A stretch of DNA of 45,058 nt from Verrucomicrobiales bacterium (GTDB lineage Bacteria; Verrucomicrobiota; Verrucomicrobiia; Verrucomicrobiales; V1-33). The first letter of the stretch is position 1; every line of letters starts with the position of its first letter. The notes below the pieces were generated by a model, which worked only from the letters and a program-made list of their open reading frames with translations, had not been told where the DNA came from and made no database searches. Position numbers and translations under genes: made by a program. The stretch spans positions 1 through 45,058 of the forward strand of contig JANOAV010000155.1 in NCBI GenBank assembly GCA_031411295.1. Reading direction: 5' to 3'. Shown piece by piece: positions 36,967 to 45,058 of the stretch.

Positions 36967-37377
36967 ATGAGGCATCCTGCGCGGCATCAGTCAGGTTTTG
37001 GCCTGCTCGAAGTCTTGGTAGTGATGGGCGTCGGGGCGCTGATTATCGTGCTGAGCTACCCCGGCTACAAGCGTTCCGGCTTGATGGAAAAGGCCCAAAG
37101 TCTGAAATTGGAACTGGGGCAGATTGACGTGGCGCTAATCCAAGCGACACGTGAATTGCAGGCCCCGCCAGGGGTCTGGTTGACCTTTGAGCAATACGCC
37201 AAATTCCTTCCGCCCGGTTGTCGGCTTCAGCGCACTGGACTGGATCCGTTTGGTCAAGCGTATGGTCCCCAGCGAGCCGGGAGCAAGCCCTCCGTCCCCG
37301 CCAAGGCCAGTGAGGCACTGCAGGGGATGCTACCAGAGGGCTTCTGGGGGACGTTCCCTTCCGGAGGGGATTTGTGA
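36967..37377 (+). CDS. Prepilin-type N-terminal cleavage/methylation protein
   Basis: SG|FGLLEVLVVM type IV pilin leader and a DPFG..Y motif. Confidence 0.8.
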   Translation: MRHPARHQSGFGLLEVLVVMGVGALIIVLSYPGYKRSGLMEKAQSLKLELGQIDVALIQATRELQAPPGVWLTFEQYAKFLPPGCRLQRTGLDPFGQAYGPQRAGSKPSVPAKASEALQGMLPEGFWGTFPSGGDL

Positions 37378-37446
37378 CGATTTCCCCGTGACTTTCCGGG
37401 TTTTCCCGGTCAATAGATGCACCAATCGCTTTGCTTCATCCTCGCC

Positions 37447-38313
37447 ATGTCTCGTCTCAACGTTCTCAAAACTTACAAGCTCTTCATTGACGGAAAATTT
37501 CCCCGCACCGAAAGCGGACGTTATTTGACGGCTACCAATCCCAAGACCGGGGAGCATTTAGCCAACTATTGTCATGCCTCCAAAAAGGATACCCGGGAGG
37601 CCGTGGTGGCCGCCCGCAAAGGAGCCAAGGCGTGGGGTGGGGCCACCGCTTACCTGCGCGGCCAGATCATGTATCGCTTGGCGGAAATGTTGGAGAGTCG
37701 GGAGGCCGCCCTGGCGGAGGAACTCGTGGCCTCCACCGCCTGCACTGATGCCGTGGCCCGAGCGCAAATTGCGGCCAGTGTGGATCGACTCGTTTACTAT
37801 GCGGGCTGGACGGATAAAATCGCCCAAGTGTTCGGCACTGTGAATCCCGTCGCGTCGTCCCACTTCAATTTCACCGTGCCTGAACCCACGGGAGTGGTGG
37901 GCGTGATTGCCCCGGATCGCCCCAGCCTGCTGGGCGCTGTGACCATGCTGGCCGCTACCTTGGCAGGCGGGAATGCGGCCATCGTCGTCCCGTCGGAAAT
38001 CTTTCCTTTGCCCATGGTTAGTCTGGCCGAAGTCATTGCCGTTAGTGATGTTCCGGCGGGCGTGGTCAACATCCTCAGCGGCCCGCGTGCCGAAATCGTC
38101 AAGACCCTCAGCGAGCACATGGACGTCAACGCCGTGGCTGATGGCAGTGGCGATCCGGTCACCCGTCAGACCTTGCAATTGGGCATCGCCACCAACCTCA
38201 AGCGCCTGGCACTCTGGGACGTTAACTGGACTGACGATAACGAATGCCAGTCACCCTATCTCATCACCAAAACGATGGAAGCGAAGACGGCTTGGCATCC
38301 GATTGGCTATTAA
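37447..38313 (+). CDS. Short aldehyde-dehydrogenase-family protein (NAD-binding and oligomerisation parts only)
   Basis: KTYKLFI.GKFPRTESGR, YYAGW.DK, EPTGVVG, PAGVVNILSG, HMDVNA and E.KT.WHPIG. No ELGG or catalytic Cys segment. Confidence 0.88.
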   Translation: MSRLNVLKTYKLFIDGKFPRTESGRYLTATNPKTGEHLANYCHASKKDTREAVVAARKGAKAWGGATAYLRGQIMYRLAEMLESREAALAEELVASTACTDAVARAQIAASVDRLVYYAGWTDKIAQVFGTVNPVASSHFNFTVPEPTGVVGVIAPDRPSLLGAVTMLAATLAGGNAAIVVPSEIFPLPMVSLAEVIAVSDVPAGVVNILSGPRAEIVKTLSEHMDVNAVADGSGDPVTRQTLQLGIATNLKRLALWDVNWTDDNECQSPYLITKTMEAKTAWHPIGY

Positions 38314-38382
38314 TTTGTCGTGCCGCGAAGGATGTAGAGCCGTCGGTTCGACCGCTGATCCCCGCACCCGCAGAGCCATTGA

Positions 38383-38478
38383 TTCGTAGATCGTCATTCG
38401 TTGCTCGTCATTCAATAAACACAGGGCGAGTCAGCAGCAGGATTTACGAGTAACGATTGACGAATGACGATTTACGAA
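38383..38478. repeat. REP-like inverted repeat
   Basis: ttcgtagatcgtcattcgt ... acgaatgacgatttacgaa. Confidence 0.7.
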
Positions 38479-38523
38479 GGTTGCGAGGCGTGATCCACCG
38501 CCTGAAGACGGAACCCCACGCGG

Positions 38524-38591
38524 GAGTGTGGAGCAGTCGGCTCGACTGCTCATCCTCGCTCACCGCAGTCCAGCGGACTGCGACCACACTC
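38524..38591. repeat. REP doublet whose 29-bp arm recurs identically at 45023-45051
   Basis: gagtgtgg-agcagtcggctcgactgct ... ccgcagtccagcggactgcga-ccacactc. Confidence 0.8.
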
Positions 38592-38599
38592 GCAGCACT

Positions 38600-39775
38600 C
38601 TACTTCTTATCCCAGCCGTTGGCTTTGATGATGGATTCCATGGCGGCCTTGGCGGCGTGATCGTTGGGGAGCACTTTGCACTTGCCGAGGTATTCGACGG
38701 CTCGCTTGAGGGCGTTGACTTCCCCCTTCTTGGATTCGATTTTGTCCTTGGGCGTGCCCGTGAGGGCAGCCACCGCAGCGTCCAGCATCGGCTGGACTTT
38801 GGCCAGGGTGGCCGGATCGTTTTCGTAGGTTAGGGATTCCATCAGTTGGAACATGAGGGCATCGCCTTGGAGTTTAGCGGCGGCAGTGCGGATGTCGGTG
38901 GCGATCTCTTTGCGCTTGGCCATGGTGGCCTCGGTGGTGAGGTAGCCGTTAGTGCCACCTTCGACACTGCGCGCGCCGAGCGGGCGATACCAGATGTTCC
39001 GATAGCGCACGGGATTGCCGTGGTCTTGAAGTTTCAATGGCCCCTTCTCGGCAAAAGGATGGGGCTTGCTGCGTCCCATGTGTCCGCCACCGCCTTCGAT
39101 GGGGGTATGGTCCTGGGTGAGGACGCCATTGACGAAGACGGTGACGTATCCGCCGTCCACTTCCTTGCCGTCTTTATAGATCGGGCGGCGGAAGACGATG
39201 TCATAGACTTGCCACTCGCCTGGAGCGCGCAGGACGTTGGCGGCCGGTGGGTTGATGCCGTAAACGGAGCCGGCAAAACCATCGGCGTAGGTGGGGTTAT
39301 TGTAATTGTCCAACACTTGCACTTCGACGCCCTGTCCCATGGGGAAGACGCCGCTGTTACCGCGCCCTTGGCTGGAGCCTTCCACTTTGGAGGGAGCGGA
39401 CCATTCAACGTGAAGTTGGCAATCGGCCCATTCTTCCTTGGTGCGAACGTAGCCAGCGCCTGGCTTGCATTGGAAGGTGCCATCGACGACCACCCAGCCG
39501 GTGGGCTTGCTGGGGTCTTTATCCGAACACCATTTGGCGAGAGAGGCTTCGGTGCCGTCGAAGAGCACGATCGCATCGGAGGGCGGGGTGCCGGGTTTTT
39601 CCTGACTGCTGAAGGTGCCGGGTTCGACGCGCGGTGGCTGCGGACGGTTGCGGTCATGAATGGCCCACGGATGGTGATCGTCCGGAGGATCACCATAGAA
39701 GGCGTTGCCAGTATCGGCGGAAACGTAGGTGGCAAGGAAGAGCGGGAGGCTGGCGAAGGTGAAGGATAGTTTCAT
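38600..39775 (-). CDS. DUF1080 (3-keto-disaccharide hydrolase-like) secreted protein with a helical C-terminal extension
   Basis: PPSDAIVLFDG, QLHVEW, GNSGVF, EVQVLD, GEWQ.YDI.F and LQDHGNPVRYRNIW.R. Confidence 0.92.
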   Translation of the reverse strand: MKLSFTFASLPLFLATYVSADTGNAFYGDPPDDHHPWAIHDRNRPQPPRVEPGTFSSQEKPGTPPSDAIVLFDGTEASLAKWCSDKDPSKPTGWVVVDGTFQCKPGAGYVRTKEEWADCQLHVEWSAPSKVEGSSQGRGNSGVFPMGQGVEVQVLDNYNNPTYADGFAGSVYGINPPAANVLRAPGEWQVYDIVFRRPIYKDGKEVDGGYVTVFVNGVLTQDHTPIEGGGGHMGRSKPHPFAEKGPLKLQDHGNPVRYRNIWYRPLGARSVEGGTNGYLTTEATMAKRKEIATDIRTAAAKLQGDALMFQLMESLTYENDPATLAKVQPMLDAAVAALTGTPKDKIESKKGEVNALKRAVEYLGKCKVLPNDHAAKAAMESIIKANGWDKK

Positions 39776-39878
39776 GATGGGTGGTGTAAGCGGATGACGA
39801 CCATGGCTCCCGAATCAATGGGATGCGATGGAGGTGGCATCAGAGCGAAGTTTCAGCGATTCACAAAGCTAAATTTCC

Positions 39879-40988
39879 TCACGCAACTGGGGAAACCACA
39901 GGAGTGGAAACCGGTGCAGCATCCGAGCTGAGATCCACTTCCAGGGTCGGTGTCTTCCACAAAGCGGAGAGCAGGGCATAGCTCAAGGCCATGATGACAG
40001 GGCCCATCAGAATGCCGAGGATGCCGAAATATTTCAGGCCGCCTAACACAGAGAAGAAGATGACCAGTTCGTGCAATTTGGCGCGCTGGCCGACGAGGAT
40101 GGGGCGCAGGAAGCCGTCGATGGAGCTGATTAGGAACTGGCCGACGAGCGCGAGAATGATGGCTTTGCCATATTGTTCGTTGAGCGCCAGGCCGATGGTG
40201 GCAGGGACCCAAACGACCCAGGCCCCGACAATGGGAAGGGTGCAAAGAAAGGTCATGATCACAGCCCAAGTGGCGGGTGAAGGGAGTCCCAGCGCCCAGA
40301 AGGTGATCCCACCCAGGGCCCCTTGGATAGCGGCTACCATGAGCACGCCATAAACGCAGGCCCCCAGCACTTCTTCGGTGCGCTGGGCCAGAAAGGCGGA
40401 TTGTTCGCTTGGCAGCGGCACCATTTCCAGCACCCGCTTGCCCAACTTGGGCCCGTCCCGGAAGAGGAAAAAGACGACGAAGAGCAGAAAAACGAATTTC
40501 ACCACAAAGCCCAACAATCCTCCCACGACGGAAAACGTGCGCTGAAGGAGTTCTCCTGACGCTTCGCTCATGGTGGACTTGAATTTGGCGGGGGTGAGGT
40601 ATTCATCCAAGTGGGTCGTTTCCTGGAACGATTTCATCCAGCCTTCGTGCTCGCTGGCTGCATCCCACTTGACGCGGAAGGTCTCCACTCCTCCCCGCAT
40701 GGTGTCGATGGCCACGGGCACCTCCTTGGCCAGAACCCAGAGGGTGAAGGAGAAGGGCACGGCAATGACGAGCAGGGTGAAAAGAGTGCTCATGCCCGCG
40801 CTCAGGACCTGCCGTTGCCTCGTCCAGCGAAGGATCCGCTGGTGGGCAGGTTGGAAAATGATCACCAGGGCAATTCCCAGGATTAGGACGTCGATAAAAG
40901 GCTCCAGCACTTTCCAGGAGAGATACACGCTGATTCCGGTAACGAAGAGGAGGGCAACCCAACGGTTGATGCGCGATTGATTGTTCAT
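39879..40988 (-). CDS. AI-2E family transporter
   Basis: Multi-TM protein with FFLFRDG, QG.LGG..F, PIVG..VW.P, D.FLRP.LVG and GG..FG..G..MGP. Confidence 0.93.
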   Translation of the reverse strand: MNNQSRINRWVALLFVTGISVYLSWKVLEPFIDVLILGIALVIIFQPAHQRILRWTRQRQVLSAGMSTLFTLLVIAVPFSFTLWVLAKEVPVAIDTMRGGVETFRVKWDAASEHEGWMKSFQETTHLDEYLTPAKFKSTMSEASGELLQRTFSVVGGLLGFVVKFVFLLFVVFFLFRDGPKLGKRVLEMVPLPSEQSAFLAQRTEEVLGACVYGVLMVAAIQGALGGITFWALGLPSPATWAVIMTFLCTLPIVGAWVVWVPATIGLALNEQYGKAIILALVGQFLISSIDGFLRPILVGQRAKLHELVIFFSVLGGLKYFGILGILMGPVIMALSYALLSALWKTPTLEVDLSSDAAPVSTPVVSPVA

Positions 40989-41106
40989 GGGGGGGGCTGG
41001 AGATGAGATGAAGGTTCAGCTTGATTGTTTCAAGGTCAGCTAGGTTCGGGCAAATTACGAATTTTTCCACTGATCCCTTTCATTTTGATTTAGATTTCCC
41101 AGAAGA

Positions 41107-42816
41107 TTGAATTTCTCGCAACGATTGCTTGCCAAATGGAAGCAGCTTTGGCTAAACTGTCTTGTGTTCTGGAACTCCAAGCGAAAAACCGCGACTAAAC
41201 TGAAGCTGCCTCGTGGCAGTGAGCTTTATTTTCATGCTTTTCAACAGGCATCGATTCCAACTCTGATCTGCGATCCGCTGGGCGCGATCCTGGAAGTGAA
41301 TCAGGCGTTCACGGCTCTGTTGGGATATACCAATGTAGAACTGGCAGGGAAGCGGGTGAGCGAGATCACCCATTCCTCGGATTTGGAGAGCCACCACGGC
41401 CGGATGACGCAGTTAATTTCCGGGGCCCAAGACAGCCTGCGGGCGGAGAAGCGCTATGTCCGCAAGGATGGCAGCACGGTCTGGGGCTCCATTTCCGTCT
41501 CGGTGGCCAAGCATGCCGATGGGAAGGCGGCATTTATGATTTCCCAGATTCGTGATATCACCACGGAGCGACGGACGCGGGAGAAGCTGCTGGAGAGCGA
41601 GGGCCGCCTTCAGGCGATTCTCGATAACTCGGAAGCGGTCATTTATGGGAAGGATTTGAACGGTCGTTATATCCTGGTGAATCGCCAATTCGAAACCATT
41701 TTCGGCATGAGTCGGGAACGAATCATCGGCTCCAATGATGCTGAAATTTTCCCTCCCCCCCAAGCGGAAGTCTTTGAGCGCAACGATCAATTGGTGATTC
41801 AGGCAGGAAAGGGTATGCAGTTTGAAGAAGAGGCCCCCGTTGGGAACGAGTTGCGCACGTATGTTAGCGTGAAATTCCCCCTGCGTAATATACGAGGGCA
41901 AATGGTGGCCGTCTGCGGGATTTCTACGGACATCACCGAGCGCAAGGCCCAGGAGCGGGAGCTGAAGTTGCTGAACGAAAAGCTTTGGCGCACGAATAAC
42001 GAACTGAAGGAAATTCAACTACATTTGATCCAAGCGGAGAAATTGGAAAGTGTGGGCCGCCTGGCGGCAGGGGTGGCGCACGAGGTCAAGAATCCACTGG
42101 CGCTACTTTCGCTGGGTGTGGATTATTTGGAAGGGACGGCGGTGACCGATGATCCCAACGTGCCCTCGATCCTCAACGATATGCGTGAGGCAGTCACCCG
42201 GGCGGAAAAGATCATTCATGGCATGGTGGACTTCTCCTCCGATCGGCAACTCAAGATCCAACGACATGACTTAAATGAAATTGTGCAGGGAGCAGAAACC
42301 TTGGTGCGGCACGAACTGACCCGCAACAGCATCGAAATCATCAACCACTGGGGCGAACAGTTGCCTGAGGTGTCGGTGGATCGGGTCAAGATCGAGCAGG
42401 TGCTGGTTAACTTATTGATGAACTCCATTCAAGCGATGAGACCGATGGGCTCGGGACGATTGGTGATCTCGACCTATGTGCAGCGACTGGCGGTTCAGGA
42501 ATGGGACGCGGGAGCCCGCACGGCAGATCATTTGCGAGGCGGAGATGAGGTGGTGGTGGTGCACATTGTGGATTCCGGTCCGGGCATTCCAGCCGCCATC
42601 CTCCCGAAAATTTTCGATCCCTTCTTCACGACGAAACCCACTGGAGAAGGCACCGGACTGGGCTTAAGTGTCGTGAAAAAAATCGTCGATTTACACCGCG
42701 GCCTGCTCACCCTGGAAAACAATCCTGATCAGGGCGTCACGATTACCTTGACACTGCGCGCGCAGTCCGCACCCTTACCTGTGACTCCGAAAACCGCCCC
42801 TATCCCCCTGCCATGA
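41107..42816 (+). CDS. Cytoplasmic PAS-PAS sensor histidine kinase
   Basis: Two PAS/PAC domains (RDITTER, TDITERK), AHEVKNPL, NLLMNSIQA, DSGPGI, FFTTK..GEGTGLGL. TTG start is uncertain. Confidence 0.93.
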   Translation: MNFSQRLLAKWKQLWLNCLVFWNSKRKTATKLKLPRGSELYFHAFQQASIPTLICDPLGAILEVNQAFTALLGYTNVELAGKRVSEITHSSDLESHHGRMTQLISGAQDSLRAEKRYVRKDGSTVWGSISVSVAKHADGKAAFMISQIRDITTERRTREKLLESEGRLQAILDNSEAVIYGKDLNGRYILVNRQFETIFGMSRERIIGSNDAEIFPPPQAEVFERNDQLVIQAGKGMQFEEEAPVGNELRTYVSVKFPLRNIRGQMVAVCGISTDITERKAQERELKLLNEKLWRTNNELKEIQLHLIQAEKLESVGRLAAGVAHEVKNPLALLSLGVDYLEGTAVTDDPNVPSILNDMREAVTRAEKIIHGMVDFSSDRQLKIQRHDLNEIVQGAETLVRHELTRNSIEIINHWGEQLPEVSVDRVKIEQVLVNLLMNSIQAMRPMGSGRLVISTYVQRLAVQEWDAGARTADHLRGGDEVVVVHIVDSGPGIPAAILPKIFDPFFTTKPTGEGTGLGLSVVKKIVDLHRGLLTLENNPDQGVTITLTLRAQSAPLPVTPKTAPIPLP

Positions 42817-43190
42817 AAAAGATCCTTGTTGTTGATGATGAAGTTGGCTTTACCCGCCTGCTGCAAATGAATTTGGAAAAGACGGGCAACTATTCGGTGC
42901 GCGTGGTGAATGATTCCACCAAAGCGCTGGAAGCAGCGCGCACCTTCCACCCGGATCTGGCGTTGCTGGATATCGTGATGCCAGGGATGGATGGTGGGGA
43001 TCTGGTGGCGCAGATGAAAAATGACCCTGCCCTAGCCAAGATTCCGGTCATTATGCTCACCGCATTGGTTGGCAAGAACGAGGCCAGCGACGATGCGGTG
43101 GTGCAGAGTGGAAGTCTCATTATGCTGGGCAAGCCCGTGCGGTTGAATGTTTTGATCCAAGCCATTGAGGAACAGTTGGCGACGACTTAG
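42813..43190 (+). CDS. Single-domain response regulator
   Basis: ILVVDDE, LLDIVMPGMDG, MLTA and KP. ATGA overlap with the kinase. Confidence 0.95.
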   Translation: MKKILVVDDEVGFTRLLQMNLEKTGNYSVRVVNDSTKALEAARTFHPDLALLDIVMPGMDGGDLVAQMKNDPALAKIPVIMLTALVGKNEASDDAVVQSGSLIMLGKPVRLNVLIQAIEEQLATT

Positions 43191-43203
43191 TCGGTCTTTT
43201 GCT

Positions 43204-43623
43204 ATGCCTGCCAGTTGCATCCTTCATGTCCCTCATGATCCCTCCGCCCCCCCGGCTACACAGTTGGGACCGTATGGTATTACCAGTCTCATTCCGCCGG
43301 ACTCCGAGGGCGCGCTGACAGCTTATCGTGTCAGCATTGCTCCGCATCAAACGACCAGCGTCAGTTACCACAAGATCGCGGAGGAAATTTACTTCGTCCT
43401 GTCAGGACACGGCACGGCCCTATTGAATGGGGAGCCCTATGCCTTAGCTCCGGGGGATTTTTTGCGACTCCCTCCCGGCACGACCCATGGTTTTGTGACG
43501 TTGGCGGAACCCCTGGAAATGCTGGACCTCCACAGTCCAGGGTCTCGGCCTGATCGCGATGTTTATTTCGAAGGAGCCATGCCACCAGGTTTTGGTCCGG
43601 CGTTCGAAACGCCTCATTCCTAA
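43204..43623 (+). CDS. Cupin domain protein
   Basis: YH..AEEIYFVLSG.G and PGDFL.LPPGTTH. Confidence 0.85.
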   Translation: MPASCILHVPHDPSAPPATQLGPYGITSLIPPDSEGALTAYRVSIAPHQTTSVSYHKIAEEIYFVLSGHGTALLNGEPYALAPGDFLRLPPGTTHGFVTLAEPLEMLDLHSPGSRPDRDVYFEGAMPPGFGPAFETPHS

Positions 43624-43634
43624 TTCAACGTCCA

Positions 43635-44516
43635 GTGCTGCTCCCATCCTCCCGCACGTCTCGCGCTGATTTGCTCCTGCTTCACGCGGTCGTCGTGATT
43701 TGGGGACTGACCGCGGTGTTGGGGAAGGGGATTCACCTGCCGTCAACCATCCTGGTGGCATGGCGCACCGGATTGGCCGCCCTGGGGCTCTATCTCTGGC
43801 TGCGGCTGCATGGCCGGCCGCTTTGGCCGGGGGGGCGGGCGGTCTGTAAAATGATGGCGGTGGGTGGGTTGATTGGATTTCATTGGTTTCTCTTTTTCCT
43901 GTCGGGAAAACTGGGGCCGGTGTCCATTGCGCTCATTGGAGTGGCTACGTGCAGTTTGTGGTGCGCCTTGCTGGAACCCCTCTTCATCAAGGGAAAGCGA
44001 CTGCACGGCTTGGAACTCTGGCTGGCGCTGGGCATCGTGGCCGGGGCGGTCGTGATTGGTCTGGGCCATCCGGTCGCTTGGCTTTGTTTACTGACCGGGG
44101 TGGGGGCAGCGCTGGTGGCGGCCCTGTTTTCGTTCTGCAATAACCGCATCGTGCACGGGCAGGATCCGCTGGTGATGACGATGTATGAAATGATCGGCGC
44201 TTGCCTGCTCATGACCGTGGTGTCCGTCCCGCAAACCGACGCCCGCTGGATGCCGGTGGGGGTGGAATGGCTCTGGCTGGGGCTCTTGAGCCAAGTTTGC
44301 ACCGTCTGGGCCTTCTCGGTTTACATTGGCTTGTTGCGTCGGTTGAGCGTCTATTTCGTGAGCATGGTCTCCAATCTGGAACCCGTGTGGGGCATTCTCC
44401 TGGCTTGGGCGCTGCTGGGTGAATCCGAAGAACTGAATTACAAGTTTTGGTGGGGCGCAGTCATCGTGCTCATCTGCGTGGCGGCCTACCCGATTTTAAA
44501 ACGCCGCCAAAAGTAG
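43635..44516 (+). CDS. DMT/EamA family transporter
   Basis: About ten TM segments, IWG.T..LG, HW.LFF, LEP and NLEPV.GI.LA. Confidence 0.9.
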   Translation: MLLPSSRTSRADLLLLHAVVVIWGLTAVLGKGIHLPSTILVAWRTGLAALGLYLWLRLHGRPLWPGGRAVCKMMAVGGLIGFHWFLFFLSGKLGPVSIALIGVATCSLWCALLEPLFIKGKRLHGLELWLALGIVAGAVVIGLGHPVAWLCLLTGVGAALVAALFSFCNNRIVHGQDPLVMTMYEMIGACLLMTVVSVPQTDARWMPVGVEWLWLGLLSQVCTVWAFSVYIGLLRRLSVYFVSMVSNLEPVWGILLAWALLGESEELNYKFWWGAVIVLICVAAYPILKRRQK

Positions 44517-44640
44517 GCTAGGGAGGTGCCCCCTGCGCGTGGGGGCAGTCCGCCGCACGGCCCACCGCATCAGAACCGAACCAACTCCGCCAAGTCTCCC
44601 GCCAATGCTAACTTGCATTACGACGACCAGAACTCGGATT

Positions 44641-44929
44641 GCCACAATCCGAGTCGGGAATGACACAACCCGAGTCGGGAATGACACAAACCGAGTCGGG
44701 AATGCCCCAGTCCGAGTCGGGAATGCCGCATTCCGAGTCGGGAATGCCACAGTCCGAGTCGGGAATACCATAATCCGAATCGGGAATGCCACAGTCCGAG
44801 TCGGGAATGCCACAATCCGAATCGGGAATGCCACAGTCCGAGTCGGGAATGCCACAATCCGAGTCGGGAATACCGTGGTCCGAGTCGGGAATACCGCGGT
44901 CCGAGTCAGGAACATCACAGTCCGAGTCG
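44641..44929. repeat. 21-bp tandem array, 13 full units plus 1 partial
   Basis: Consensus GCCACA(A/G)TCCGAGTCGGGAAT, with a nearly invariant CCGA(G/A)TCGGGAAT core and a more variable 8-nt segment. Confidence 0.95.
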
Positions 44930-45022
44930 TGCCAATGGGAGTCCTGGAACCATAACCCGTTGATCCTGCGGTAGAACCATCTTTTTCCCCGGTTCTCCCC
45001 CAAGGTTCGACTGTCGGAAACC

Positions 45023-45051
45023 CCGCAGTCCAGCGGACTGCGACCACACTC
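45023..45051. repeat. REP arm identical to 38563-38591
   Basis: ccgcagtccagcggactgcgaccacactc. Confidence 0.85.
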
Positions 45052-45058
45052 CCGCCGC

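Noticed and set aside
38846..39769. 307-aa plus-strand ORF, and similar long antisense ORFs at 25798-26445, 30649-31416 and 35962-36987
   Set aside because: Each overlaps a confidently identified gene on the opposite strand and has no independent motifs.
44641..44929. CRISPR array
   Set aside because: The period is only 21 bp, the variable parts are 8 nt and related to each other, and no cas genes are visible.

Overview
Mostly single-copy chromosomal DNA from what looks like a Verrucomicrobia (PVC-group) bacterium. This assignment is inferred from gene content: a DUF1592/DUF1552 pair, a PVC-type heme-binding dehydrogenase, DUF1080 and pseudopilin-like genes. Housekeeping genes include mnmE, kdsD, cysE, fbaA, hslO, rex, a pyrimidine-nucleoside phosphorylase, a lolA-like gene and a PAS kinase/receiver pair. 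Three regions stand out. (1) At ~2.9-8.9 kb a GC-rich DUF1592-LRR-DUF1552 module lies between relics of type I restriction-modification genes (hsdR/hsdM fragments on the left, an hsdR fragment on the right). Both relics carry related AA/TT-duplicating mini-insertions, and an internal hsdM Met appears to supply the cargo gene's start. (2) At 15.5-17.6 kb there is an integrase-less, integron-like array of three cassette ORFs organised as two tandem units. Each unit has a ~175-bp promoter/leader-ORF/attI-like head and a ~110-bp conserved tail that begins with an attC half-site. (3) At 21.8-22.7 kb an Mrr-type nuclease lacks its catalytic residues and has a bactofilin-like beta-helix inserted in its zinc ribbon. 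Other notes: an OPT transporter split by one in-frame TGA, a MITE with a target-site duplication, many REP-like hairpins and two 21-bp tandem arrays. No rRNA, tRNA or CRISPR array was recognised. All family assignments come from motif recognition by eye, with no database searches.
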